Shown in pieces: positions 42,763 through 51,398 of a stretch of DNA of 64,000 bases; position 1 is the first letter of the stretch, and each line of letters opens with the position of its first letter. This DNA comes from a bacterium (GTDB lineage: Bacteria; Patescibacteriota; Minisyncoccia; Phycocordibacterales; Phycocordibacteraceae): the NCBI GenBank assembly GCA_021778295.1, contig JAJYCP010000002.1, forward strand, positions 3,027-67,026, given 5' to 3'. The notes below the pieces were generated by a model that did not search any database, was not told where the DNA came from, and saw only the letters and a list, made by a program, of their open reading frames with translations. A program made the translations under genes and the position numbers.

Positions 42763-43434
42763 TTATGTCGCCTTCGGCCACCGCCGGGCGGCTGGCGGCC
42801 AGAGCTTCGTCAAGGGGTGCGCCGCACACTCGTGCGGACGGGCGGGACATACGTACCGGCCATAGAGGACGAGACCGTTATTTACGTACTTCCAGTCTCT
42901 TTTCGGTATGAGCGCTTCGAGATCCTTCGATATGTTCGTCAGGTCATCGGCATCGGTAAGGTCGAAACGCTTCGCGAAACGCTTTACGTGCGTATCGGTG
43001 GGGATACCCTCCCAGATACCGTACAGCTCGCCGAGGACGACGTGCGCCGTCTTGTAACCGACGCCCGGCAATTCGGTAAGCTCTGCGGCGGTCTGCGGGA
43101 TGGTACCGTCATATTTTTTATTGATCATTTTCGCCGCTTCGATAATCGCCTTCGCTTTGGTACGGAAAAACGGAATGGATGAGATTTCTTGCGCAAAAAC
43201 GGCGGGTTTTGCACGTGCGAAATCAAGCGGGGTTTTATATTTTTTGAAAAGCGTCCCGGTCAACTTGTTAACCGCTTTATCGGTGCACTGGGCGGAGAGG
43301 ATGACCGCGGCGACACACTGAAACGGCGTCCGGTATACGAGCTCGCTTGCGGGCTCCGGATACGCTTTTTTCAGATACGCAACGATTTCCCGGGCGCGCT
43401 CCTTCCGCCCCGCGCGCGAGGAATATCCGTTCAT
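42763..43434 (-). CDS. nth: endonuclease III family glycosylase/lyase with a degenerate Fe-S motif
   Basis: ILSAQCTD..VN, HhH LPGVGYKTAHVV and DTHV. The C-terminus reads C-PARPHE-C-AA-H-PLTKL-W where Nth has C-x6-C-x2-C-x5-C. Confidence 0.8.
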   Translation of the reverse strand: MNGYSSRAGRKERAREIVAYLKKAYPEPASELVYRTPFQCVAAVILSAQCTDKAVNKLTGTLFKKYKTPLDFARAKPAVFAQEISSIPFFRTKAKAIIEAAKMINKKYDGTIPQTAAELTELPGVGYKTAHVVLGELYGIWEGIPTDTHVKRFAKRFDLTDADDLTNISKDLEALIPKRDWKYVNNGLVLYGRYVCPARPHECAAHPLTKLWPPAARRWPKAT

Positions 43435-43904
43435 GCGCCGAGCGCCTTGAGGTCGGCAATGACTTCGGCGGCATGCGTCTCGGGTTTCACCTTCTCATAC
43501 ACTTTGGCGATAGTGAGCGACGGGTCGATAAGGAATGAGGTGCGGTTTGTGCCCATATAGGTTTTCCCCATAAATTTCTTTTCCCCGAACACACCGTACC
43601 TGCCGACCACCTCCTTGTGCACATCGGAAAGAAGCGTGAAAGGGAGCGCATACGCGTCGGCGAACTTTTTGTGGCTCGCAACGCTGTCGGTCGAAACGCC
43701 GAGCACTATTGCCCCGATATCTTTAAAATCTTTGAACTGGTCACGGATGGCGCACGCTTCGATAGTGCAGCCCGGGGTGTCGTCCTTCGGATAGAAATAC
43801 AAGAGTACCCACTTCCCCGCGTATCCGCCGAGCGTGTGTTCCTTTCCTTCTTGGTCGCTGAGCGTAAAGCGCGGCGCTGGTGAGCCGATTTCGGGCATTT
43901 TCAT
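43431..43904 (-). CDS. bcp: thiol peroxidase (Bcp-type peroxiredoxin)
   Basis: WVLLYFYPKDDTPGCTIEAC, GVS.DS..SHKKF and LPFTLLSD. Confidence 0.9.
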   Translation of the reverse strand: MKMPEIGSPAPRFTLSDQEGKEHTLGGYAGKWVLLYFYPKDDTPGCTIEACAIRDQFKDFKDIGAIVLGVSTDSVASHKKFADAYALPFTLLSDVHKEVVGRYGVFGEKKFMGKTYMGTNRTSFLIDPSLTIAKVYEKVKPETHAAEVIADLKALGA

Positions 43905-43912
43905 CGCTCGTA

Positions 43913-45079
43913 TTATAGCATTTCAGGCGTATGTTCTTCGCGCGGGAACGCAAAATTAAAGAAAAGCAGCAGGAGCGTCCCGGCAGAGAAAAGAGTGAAG
44001 AAGAGCACAATGAGGGGGCCGACAAATGGTACGAGCACGATGAGCGAGAGCACGAGCATGCCGAGAACCCCGTCTCGCCAAAGCACGGTGACGCGTCCGG
44101 AGAAACGCCGCACCAGCACGCTGCCGAAAAGAATGCCCGCATACATGAGCGCGAGGAGCGCCATGAGGGCGTAGGCGAAAAGGAGCAAGAAAGCGAGACC
44201 GATGCCGACAAACGTAAGCGCGAGCATAAGGAAGAGGACCGGCGTGACGACAAACGCCGCAAAACCAAGCAGCATCGTCAGGAGAATGCTGCGCGGGCGC
44301 TCTCGATAGGCGCGTTCAGTAACCGCTTCTGCAAGCTTCGGGAAAAGTCCGGCCAAAAGACCCGCAAGAATGAGCGCGCCGAGAATGCGCACCAGCAGGA
44401 ACACACCCATGCTCACGAATGCGAGCGCGCGCGAAGCGCCGGAGTCCGGTATGTACGATGCATTTTTGTAGGTGACGCCGCCGAGTATCGTCGCAGACGC
44501 CGGAATCGTTGCGACGTCTGGCGCTTCGTAGGAGAGCTTACCGCGGATGATGGTGCCCGGTGCGAGCGTGAGATGGCCGCTTGTCGCGACGGTAACGTTG
44601 CCCGCGAAGTCGCCGGCGAGCGAAACGGTATTTCCATAAACGGTGACCGGGCCTGAAGCGCCGTTCAATAGGGCGGCGTTCGCAGCGACAACGAAGACAC
44701 TTCCCCCGGCATGGCCCGTGTCGTATACGGAGAAGCCGAAGGCAATAAGATCGCCGGCGACGGGTTTTTCAATGTTTACGCTTCCGCCGGCCGCGCGAAA
44801 ATCTCCGGAAATTTGCGCGCGCGAGCTTATTGAACCGGCAATGAGCAGCTCGTCGCCGGCGACCGGCGCTGCAGTAATAATCGAACCGCCAAAGGCTGAA
44901 AAATCTCCGGCGACCGGCGCGGTAAGTACGACCGAAACGCCGGTCGCATACACATTCCCCGGTGAAGAGCTTGCAACAAGCAGCGAATGCGCTCCGACAA
45001 AGGACGCGGGCGCACTTGCGGCAAGAGCGCCCGCAGGAAGGAGAAGAAAAGCGAGCAGGGGAATAAAAATGCGTTGCAT
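43913..45079 (-). CDS. hypothetical protein: signal peptide, bactofilin-like beta-helical repeats, C-terminal multi-TM domain
   Basis: Start moved to MQRIFIPLLAFLLLPAGALAASA. Repeats of the form V.G(D/N)..A.GGS(V/I) follow (VAGDFSAFGGSI, ISGDFRAAGGSV, VAGDLIAFGFSV, LAGDFAGNVTV). The last ~170 aa carry five or six TM segments. Confidence 0.55.
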   Translation of the reverse strand: MQRIFIPLLAFLLLPAGALAASAPASFVGAHSLLVASSSPGNVYATGVSVVLTAPVAGDFSAFGGSIITAAPVAGDELLIAGSISSRAQISGDFRAAGGSVNIEKPVAGDLIAFGFSVYDTGHAGGSVFVVAANAALLNGASGPVTVYGNTVSLAGDFAGNVTVATSGHLTLAPGTIIRGKLSYEAPDVATIPASATILGGVTYKNASYIPDSGASRALAFVSMGVFLLVRILGALILAGLLAGLFPKLAEAVTERAYRERPRSILLTMLLGFAAFVVTPVLFLMLALTFVGIGLAFLLLFAYALMALLALMYAGILFGSVLVRRFSGRVTVLWRDGVLGMLVLSLIVLVPFVGPLIVLFFTLFSAGTLLLLFFNFAFPREEHTPEML

Positions 45080-45086
45080 ACAAGTT

Positions 45087-45563
45087 TCAGGATGCGGGTG
45101 GCATCGAGAAATGCCGTGATGGCGGCGGCATGTGTTTTGTGGTCCCGCGTACCGGCTCAATAATGCTCGCAAAAACCATCATAAGGAGCGCGATGCCGGC
45201 CGAGGCAAGACAGTAGACGCAGAGTGCGCCAATGATGAACACTTGGACGAGCGTGAAGTAGAGCGATGCAATGACGCCGATGAACGCCATTCCCTGCAAA
45301 AAGCGGCGCAGGAGCCGGTCAAAAATAACAAGCTCGAGCGCGGCAAGAACAAAAATAATCCCGTAAAAAACAATGCCGTATACGGCGAGCGGGATACCAA
45401 AAAGATGCGAATACGGGCTTGTCGCAACTATGTTGCACCCTGAAAGATTGCTGATATTGCAGAGGAGCGGCGTTCCGCTCACCTCGTGTTGGGCGATATA
45501 GGAAGAATCCGCAAGACCGGCGAACGCGAGAAAAAGGATGCATACGACCCCGGCGCGTTTCAT
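45087..45563 (-). CDS. vitamin K epoxide reductase (VKOR) family protein
   Basis: 158 aa with four TMs. Loop Cys pair C...C (LLCNISNLSGC), SPYS.LFGIP and the active-site CVYC. Confidence 0.8.
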   Translation of the reverse strand: MKRAGVVCILFLAFAGLADSSYIAQHEVSGTPLLCNISNLSGCNIVATSPYSHLFGIPLAVYGIVFYGIIFVLAALELVIFDRLLRRFLQGMAFIGVIASLYFTLVQVFIIGALCVYCLASAGIALLMMVFASIIEPVRGTTKHMPPPSRHFSMPPAS

Positions 45564-45638
45564 ACCCCGTTACAATACGCGCCATCGTATCGGTGCACAA
45601 GGGCGCCGTGGGGAACGGAAAAACTGAGATCCGTTTTG

Positions 45639-45796
45639 CTAGAACCCCATTTCAAAACGCCGCTCGGGTATGCCGCAGGAAAGGTACGCCGTCTTTTTCT
45701 GCTGAAAAAGCGTCTCGCTCTCGCCTCGTCAGGCTCCGAGAGCCCTTTCCTGCGGCATACCCCTCGCGTCGCCTAGAGTTTTGAGATGGGGTCTAG
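45639..45796. repeat. MITE-like palindromic repeat, copy 3 (best-preserved; CTAG at both ends)
   Basis: CTAGAACCCCATTTCAAAAC-GCCGCTCGGGTATGCCGCAGGAAAGG-...-CCCTTTCCTGCGGCATACCCCTCGCG-...GTTTTGAGATGGGGTCTAG. Nested inverted repeats, intergenic. Confidence 0.9.
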
Positions 45797-45816
45797 ATGC
45801 CGTTTCGTATTACATC

Positions 45817-46233
45817 TTACATCTGGGGCTGTGGGCCTGAAGAGTGCACCGGCGGCATGACGTTTCGCATATCATCCTTGCCGTATTTCCCGGCGGCAAA
45901 TATAAGCACACCAACGATGAGATTGAGCCAGTTCGAAGCCCAATTCGTACCGGCAATGCCCAAGAGCGTCCCGCCGATAGCAGGGACAGTGAAGACCCCT
46001 ATGAGACCAAGGAGAAACGTGATTACGCCGATGAGTTTGAGCCATAGTACGGAACTCTCGCTGGCCCAAAAGGCGACCGCAAGCAAGATCGCGCCGAGAA
46101 TGATGTGGATGAGATTGTGCGCGCCGTCTGCTACGAATAGCGCATTGGCGCCAATGAGCGGATTTGAAATAAACCCGAGAAGCCCGAGGAGTACCAAGAT
46201 GGCACCGAATATGAGGGAGAGCGTTTTCGCCAT
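45817..46233 (-). CDS. DUF4383-like small membrane protein
   Basis: MAKTLSLIFGAILVLLGLLGFISNP....ADGAHNLIHIILGAILL with four TMs. ATG 46242 is an alternative start. Confidence 0.65.
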   Translation of the reverse strand: MAKTLSLIFGAILVLLGLLGFISNPLIGANALFVADGAHNLIHIILGAILLAVAFWASESSVLWLKLIGVITFLLGLIGVFTVPAIGGTLLGIAGTNWASNWLNLIVGVLIFAAGKYGKDDMRNVMPPVHSSGPQPQM

Positions 46234-46443
46234 ACAAGCCATTAGGCTGCTAAAGCGGCTCCGAAAGGCGGAGCGCTACGATAAAGCATACCCCTTTCAG
46301 GCAGGGAGAGGGCCGCACATGCCGCTGCCTGTGCATAATGATGATGCCATGTGACGACACGCGCGCGTCACAGGCGCGCGTGTAGCACCATTCGCGTTAT
46401 CTTCGGGAACCATAGAGCCGCTCACTAGGGGCGTCTGCAAAAG

Positions 46444-47328
46444 CTAGAAACTGGTCTCGTCAATGCTGCGAAGCTGCCGGTAAGGGCGAATGCCTTTGCA
46501 TATTTCACTGCGCGGCGTCGTGACGCTTCGTTCACTGGTGGACGCGAACAGCGGCGGGCGCGGCGGGGACGGCGTATGGAAGAAATTACCGAAAAAACCG
46601 TATCGAATCTCCCAAGGGAATACAAAACAAGCGTGGAAAGTTGAACTGGTCGCCGCGACGGGTACGCCGACGATACGGACAATGCCGCCGCGCAGAACGG
46701 CTGCAAAATCAGTATTGCGCAAGTCGCCGGCTTCGACTTGCCACAAATGTCCCTTAAAGTCACGGAGTGCGAAAGAAGTGTTATCCGGCGCAAGCGAGAT
46801 CACGCGCCCGCCTAAGAGGCCTTTTTCCGGTGCAAGCCACCAGGAGCGCTCTTCAACAAGGATGGGACGGTAAAAGGGCGGGTGGTCGCCAATCGCTTCC
46901 TCGATCTCGCCGCCAAGACCGCTCGCGTAAAGGGCGCTGCCCAGTACGAGAGAAGCGAGTACTGCACCGAGCGCGATGACGGCGAGTGAATAGCGATATC
47001 CATGTGCCGTCCGGCGTACATTTACATAACCGACGAGTATGAAGAGTATGAGGGCGCCCGCCCAGAGGAAGGGCGCTGCCTCAAGGAAAAAGGCGAGAAA
47101 GTTCGCGTGCGTGGCGGCTGAGAGACGCCAGTCAACGTTCTGGATATCGAAGAGCATCGCGGAAAATGCGAGCGCACTTAAAGCGACCGCGAACGCGCCG
47201 AATATCCAGAAAAAATAATTCTTGAATATGAATTCCCAGCGCGGGCGCGGAACAAGATGTTCGCCGCTAATACGTTCAAGTACCTTTTGGGCAAGCTGAT
47301 CGTCTTTATGGTCGTCGTGCATCATCAT
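46444..47328 (-). CDS. putative anti-sigma factor / membrane protein co-transcribed with the ECF sigma
   Basis: 294 aa. ATGA overlap with the sigma gene. A short cytoplasmic N-terminus, four or five TMs, then an extracytoplasmic C-terminal domain. Assigned by position only. Confidence 0.5.
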   Translation of the reverse strand: MMMHDDHKDDQLAQKVLERISGEHLVPRPRWEFIFKNYFFWIFGAFAVALSALAFSAMLFDIQNVDWRLSAATHANFLAFFLEAAPFLWAGALILFILVGYVNVRRTAHGYRYSLAVIALGAVLASLVLGSALYASGLGGEIEEAIGDHPPFYRPILVEERSWWLAPEKGLLGGRVISLAPDNTSFALRDFKGHLWQVEAGDLRNTDFAAVLRGGIVRIVGVPVAATSSTFHACFVFPWEIRYGFFGNFFHTPSPPRPPLFASTSERSVTTPRSEICKGIRPYRQLRSIDETSF

Positions 47329-47894
47329 GGTGAAAATGGTTCTGGAAGCGCCTCGCGCAGCGCCCGTTTTGCGCGATATAAGAGTGTTGAGACCGTCCCC
47401 GTTGGCACTTCGAGAATATCGGATATTTCGGCATATGACCGATCTTCAAAAAAACGGAGCGTGAGAACGTCGCGTTGCAAAGGCGTGAGCACCGTGAATG
47501 CCTTCGCGAGCTCCTCGCGTGAGAGCCGAAGCTCCGCCAGATGCGTTGTATCCGAATTCTCATCCCGCAATTCCGTCAGAAGCGTTTCGCTCCCTTCGTC
47601 GAGCACCACTTGCGGCCGCGCATGCCGGGAGCGGAAGAAACTCATCGCTTCATTGTGGGCAATACGATACATCCACGAGGAAAACGCGAGTGTCTGGTCG
47701 AAACTGTTGAGATTCCTGTATGCCTTGATAAAGGCATTCTGCAGGATATCTTCGCAATCTTCGTGGACGCCGACTCCCAGCCGTTCGAGATAGCGGGTGA
47801 GTTTCGCTTCATACCGTTCGATGAGGGGCGTAAACGCTTCTTTGTCGAGCAGCGTCCGGCGGACGATTTCTTCATCGGTCATCTCGGGCGGCAT
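47325..47894 (-). CDS. ECF-type RNA polymerase sigma-70 factor
   Basis: Region 2 DILQNAFIKAYRNLNSFD....FSSWMYRIAHNEAMSFFR. Region 4 SYAEISDILEVPTGTVSTLLYRAKRAL. Start moved to ATG 47894. Confidence 0.85.
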   Translation of the reverse strand: MPPEMTDEEIVRRTLLDKEAFTPLIERYEAKLTRYLERLGVGVHEDCEDILQNAFIKAYRNLNSFDQTLAFSSWMYRIAHNEAMSFFRSRHARPQVVLDEGSETLLTELRDENSDTTHLAELRLSREELAKAFTVLTPLQRDVLTLRFFEDRSYAEISDILEVPTGTVSTLLYRAKRALREALPEPFSP

Positions 47895-47966
47895 ACCCGC
47901 TATTCTAATACGCTTCTGGCATATCGCACGTTTCGCGCAAGAATTTGCTACACTGAAGCGGTTCAC

Positions 47967-48593
47967 ATGCCCCTTTCTCTCTTTCTTTCCCACCTTATCG
48001 GCGGCGCGATCGGCAGTTCGGTAACCTTGTCGCTCGTCATCATCCTCGGCACATTTATACTCGAGGATCCGACTACCGTCATCGTTGGCGTGCTCGCGGC
48101 CGACGGCACCATCGGAGTGCCTCTCGCGCTTCTTTCTCTCTATGCCGGCATCATACTCGGCGACATCGGTCTCTACTGTCTCGGATGGCTCGCAAGCACG
48201 CATCCCCGGCTCGGACGATATGTCGATCATGAGTTCGTCGCGCCATTTCGTACCTGGCTTGAAAGTCGGTATGTGCTCACTGTCTTTACGGCTCGGTTCA
48301 TTCCGGGCTCGCGACTTCCAACCTATACCGCAAGCGGTTTTTTCCGTTCGCCGCTCTCAACGTTCGTGCTCACGGCAATCGTCGCGACGTCGATGTGGAC
48401 AACTATACTTTTTTCAACTTCTTACTGGTTCGGGAATTTCACTTCAACGTGGATCGGTTCCGTGCGGTGGGGCGTCGCGCTCCTTTTCCTCCTGCTGCTC
48501 TTCTTTACCGGCCGTCATAACCTTCTCGCACGGCGCGCAAAAAAGAACGGATTGAATACGGGCGCGGACGCACGGGAGCACCGAGTACTATGA
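47967..48593 (+). CDS. DedA/VTT-domain family membrane protein
   Basis: ILEDPTTVIVGVLAADG and ARFIPGSRLPTYTASG are DedA signature regions. Start moved to ATG 47967. Confidence 0.75.
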   Translation: MPLSLFLSHLIGGAIGSSVTLSLVIILGTFILEDPTTVIVGVLAADGTIGVPLALLSLYAGIILGDIGLYCLGWLASTHPRLGRYVDHEFVAPFRTWLESRYVLTVFTARFIPGSRLPTYTASGFFRSPLSTFVLTAIVATSMWTTILFSTSYWFGNFTSTWIGSVRWGVALLFLLLLFFTGRHNLLARRAKKNGLNTGADAREHRVL

Positions 48594-49121
48594 CGCGCGT
48601 TCCAAGAGCGTGCCGAGCGCTTTCGCGAGCAGTTCTTTCGTCGAGTCGTTCGTGAGTTGCCCCGACGCATCAAAGAGCTCGGCGGCAGGCCCGAGATACA
48701 GTTCCGGCTGGCCGATGAGATTTGCGTCGAGATACGTCATGATTTGCTTCAAGTGGCTCTGTGCGACGGCAGTGCCGATCTTTCCTATCGAAACACCGGC
48801 GACGAGTACCGGCTTGCGGGCGAAAGAGTTTTGTCCGTACGGCCGGCTCAACCAATCAATAGCGTTCTTCAAGACGCCTGAAATCGAGCGATTGTACTCC
48901 GGCGTCGCGATGATGAGACCGTCGGCTGCATTTACCGCATCTTTGAGCGCCTGCGCGGCGGGGGGATACGCCGCTTCAAGATCGGAATTGTAGAGCGGCA
49001 GATCGCCGATACCTACCACTTCAATCTCCATGCCCGAGGGAGCAAGCTCCGCACATGCTCGTAGAAGCATCGTGTTGTAAGAATCCTTTCGCAAACTTCC
49101 TGAGAGGGCGACAATTTTCAT
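48588..49121 (-). CDS. NADPH-dependent FMN reductase family protein
   Basis: MKIVALSGSLRKDSYN...IIATPEYNRSISGVLKNAIDWLSRP. Confidence 0.85.
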   Translation of the reverse strand: MKIVALSGSLRKDSYNTMLLRACAELAPSGMEIEVVGIGDLPLYNSDLEAAYPPAAQALKDAVNAADGLIIATPEYNRSISGVLKNAIDWLSRPYGQNSFARKPVLVAGVSIGKIGTAVAQSHLKQIMTYLDANLIGQPELYLGPAAELFDASGQLTNDSTKELLAKALGTLLERAS

Positions 49122-49209
49122 AGCGGCATTCTGTTATGGTGTATGGGTTATACCGTACTCTATCCCTAGGGACTCGGAGGTGGGGATAACTTGCCGGTAT
49201 ACTAAACCG

Positions 49210-50127
49210 ATGAATCAGAAAATTATTCGCTCGGCGGTAGCGGCGGTGCTCACGTTTACCGCAGGCGGGGCGGGATACACGGCGGGGCATTCCGGCGGGG
49301 CACAGGGCGCCGCGCCGAGCATCCCCGCCGTCACCGTATCTGCGCCGCCTGCAGGCTCTACACGCGTCATCTATAGTCTTGACGCGAAACAAAATGACAA
49401 GGAGATCATCTCGCTCATCGATGCCGCAAAGAGCCGCATTTATTTCGCAATGTATGAGTTCACACTCAAAGATATCGCAGATGCTCTGGTCGCGGCGAAA
49501 GAGCGCGGCGTTGAAGTACGTGGACTCGTCGACGCCGGAGAGAGCGCGAACAGCTACGATAAGCCGATCATCAAAGAACTCGTTGCGGCCGGTATTCCCG
49601 TTAGAACCGAGAAACATGAGAGCGGGAACGGCATCATGCATATCAAAGCGATTGTCACCGACTCGGCGTATGCGCTCGGCAGTTATAACTGGACAAACTC
49701 CGCGACGACTTTGAACGATGAAATTCTTGAGATCGGTACGGATCCGACACTACGGCAAACGTACGAAAATATGTTGAGGCGTCTCTTTGACGCCTATAAA
49801 GGCACCAGCGCGGCCGCGGGAGCGGCCGCGCCCGTTTCTATCGGTGTCATCGGTTATGCCGACGCGGCCGCCCACATCGGTTCGGTTGCCTCGGTACGGG
49901 GCCGGCTCGTGAATACCTATGCTTCGACACGCGGTACTGTTTTTCTTGATTTTTGTACCGACTATAAAAATTGTCCGTTCTCGGGCGTCATCTTCGCCGA
50001 TGACGTAAAGAAATTTGGCGATCTTGCGCGCTATACCGGGACAGTCATCACCCTTACGGGTAAAATTTCTTCCTATCGGAACAAAGCGGAAATCATCCTC
50101 TCCAATCCCGGCCAGCTCTCAAAATAA
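49210..50127 (+). CDS. secreted phospholipase-D-family (Nuc-like) nuclease with a C-terminal OB-like domain
   Basis: Signal/TM MNQKIIRSAVAAVLTF. Single HKD motif MHIKAIVTD....GSYNW. Extra ~120-aa C-terminal domain. Start moved to ATG 49210. Confidence 0.7.
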   Translation: MNQKIIRSAVAAVLTFTAGGAGYTAGHSGGAQGAAPSIPAVTVSAPPAGSTRVIYSLDAKQNDKEIISLIDAAKSRIYFAMYEFTLKDIADALVAAKERGVEVRGLVDAGESANSYDKPIIKELVAAGIPVRTEKHESGNGIMHIKAIVTDSAYALGSYNWTNSATTLNDEILEIGTDPTLRQTYENMLRRLFDAYKGTSAAAGAAAPVSIGVIGYADAAAHIGSVASVRGRLVNTYASTRGTVFLDFCTDYKNCPFSGVIFADDVKKFGDLARYTGTVITLTGKISSYRNKAEIILSNPGQLSK

Positions 50128-50171
50128 GTTGTGTATCCTACACTCTTTATGCTATACTCCGGTCACTTCCA

Positions 50172-50738
50172 GTGGCTACAGATCGACTTCGCATAAATAA
50201 TGAGATCCGCGCGCAAGAATTGCGCGTCATCGGTGCGGAAGGAGAAAATCTCGGTATTCTCCAGCTTTCCGAGGCTCTGGAAGCGGCAAGGCGCGCCGGA
50301 CTTGATCTTATTGAGATTTCGCCTTCGGCGGTTCCACCCGTTGCGAAGATTACGGATTATGGTAAATTCGAATACGAGCGTAGTAAAAAAGAAAAGGTAG
50401 CGAAAGCAAAGGTCAAGATATCGGAGACCAAGGAGATCCAGATAAAGGTGGGTACCGGTGACAACGACATGCTCCTCAAGGCAAAAAAGGCGGCAGAGTG
50501 GCTCGCTGAAGGGCACCGAGTGCGCGCCGAGCTCTTCCTAAAAGGCCGCTATAAAGGCATGGGCGAGGAGTTTCTTAAGGAGCGCCTTGAGAAGTTCCTC
50601 CTGCGCATTCCCTATGCATATAAAGTCGCCGAACCGATTACGAGGAGTCCGAAAGGCTTCGCCGGCGTCATTGAGCGCGATCTTATCGCTCAGCAAAAAC
50701 GCGAGAAAGAACAGAAACAAAACGATGAAAACAAATAA
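50172..50738 (+). CDS. infC: translation initiation factor IF-3
   Basis: RIN.EIRA.ELRVIG..GE.LGI...EAL..A...GLDL.EI, with a non-ATG (GTG) start as is common for infC. Confidence 0.95.
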   Translation: MATDRLRINNEIRAQELRVIGAEGENLGILQLSEALEAARRAGLDLIEISPSAVPPVAKITDYGKFEYERSKKEKVAKAKVKISETKEIQIKVGTGDNDMLLKAKKAAEWLAEGHRVRAELFLKGRYKGMGEEFLKERLEKFLLRIPYAYKVAEPITRSPKGFAGVIERDLIAQQKREKEQKQNDENK

Positions 50739-50910
50739 ATCATATTCAAAAAGGATTCGCGTGACGCGCACGGGTAAACTGATTGCGCGTGCGAAAGGCC
50801 AGGACCATTTCAACGCAAAACAAAGCAGCGGGAAACGACGCTCAAAACGCCGGTCGGTTTCCCTCGCGCTCTCTGCGAAGGTCCGGCAACGTTTCCTTCC
50901 GGGCGCGTAA
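50725..50910 (+). CDS. rpmI: 50S ribosomal protein L35
   Basis: MKTNKSYSKRIRVTRTGKLIARAKGQDHF. Overlaps the end of infC. Confidence 0.9.
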   Translation: MKTNKSYSKRIRVTRTGKLIARAKGQDHFNAKQSSGKRRSKRRSVSLALSAKVRQRFLPGA

Positions 50911-50942
50911 TTAAATTAACCGTATTTAAATATTTATTTCGT

Positions 50943-51290
50943 ATGGCACGAGTGAAAGGGGGTGTGTTGGCGCAGAAACGCCGAAAGAATATTCTCGCGA
51001 GAGCGAAAGGCTACCGTGGTGTGCGTTCGAAGAAAGAGCGCTATGCGCACGAGGCGCTCCTGCACGCGGGTAAATATGCTTTTGCTCACCGCCGCGACAA
51101 GAAGACCGATTTCCGACAGCTTTGGATTGTCCGGCTGAACGCCGTCATTCGCGAAAGTGGCCATCCTTCCTACAGCGTTTTCATCAACAAGCTTAAAAAG
51201 AACGGCATTCTCCTTGATCGTAAGGTCCTCGCGACCGTCGCGGCCGAGCATCCCGAAATTTTCACACGCATAGCCGAACAGGTAGCATAA
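50943..51290 (+). CDS. rplT: 50S ribosomal protein L20
   Basis: MARVKGGVLAQKRRKNIL..AKGYRG......A.EA...A..YA...RR.KK..FR.LWI.R.NA. Confidence 0.95.
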   Translation: MARVKGGVLAQKRRKNILARAKGYRGVRSKKERYAHEALLHAGKYAFAHRRDKKTDFRQLWIVRLNAVIRESGHPSYSVFINKLKKNGILLDRKVLATVAAEHPEIFTRIAEQVA

Positions 51291-51398
51291 ACGTGTCCGC
51301 ATCCGGTAGCGGGTGATACGTTGCTTCTCCGGGGAAATACCGTATAATACGCAACGGTATTCGTGCGCTCCGCACTACGACAACGAGGAGAAGTGAGC

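Noticed and set aside
46357-46384. GC-rich 10-bp hairpin (ACACGCGCGC-GTCACAG-GCGCGCGTGT) and neighbouring small hairpins in the 200-bp spacer after the anti-sigma gene, considered as a possible structured RNA.
   Set aside because: They are consistent with ordinary terminator structures downstream of the sigma/anti-sigma operon. There is no conservation or repeat evidence available to support anything more.
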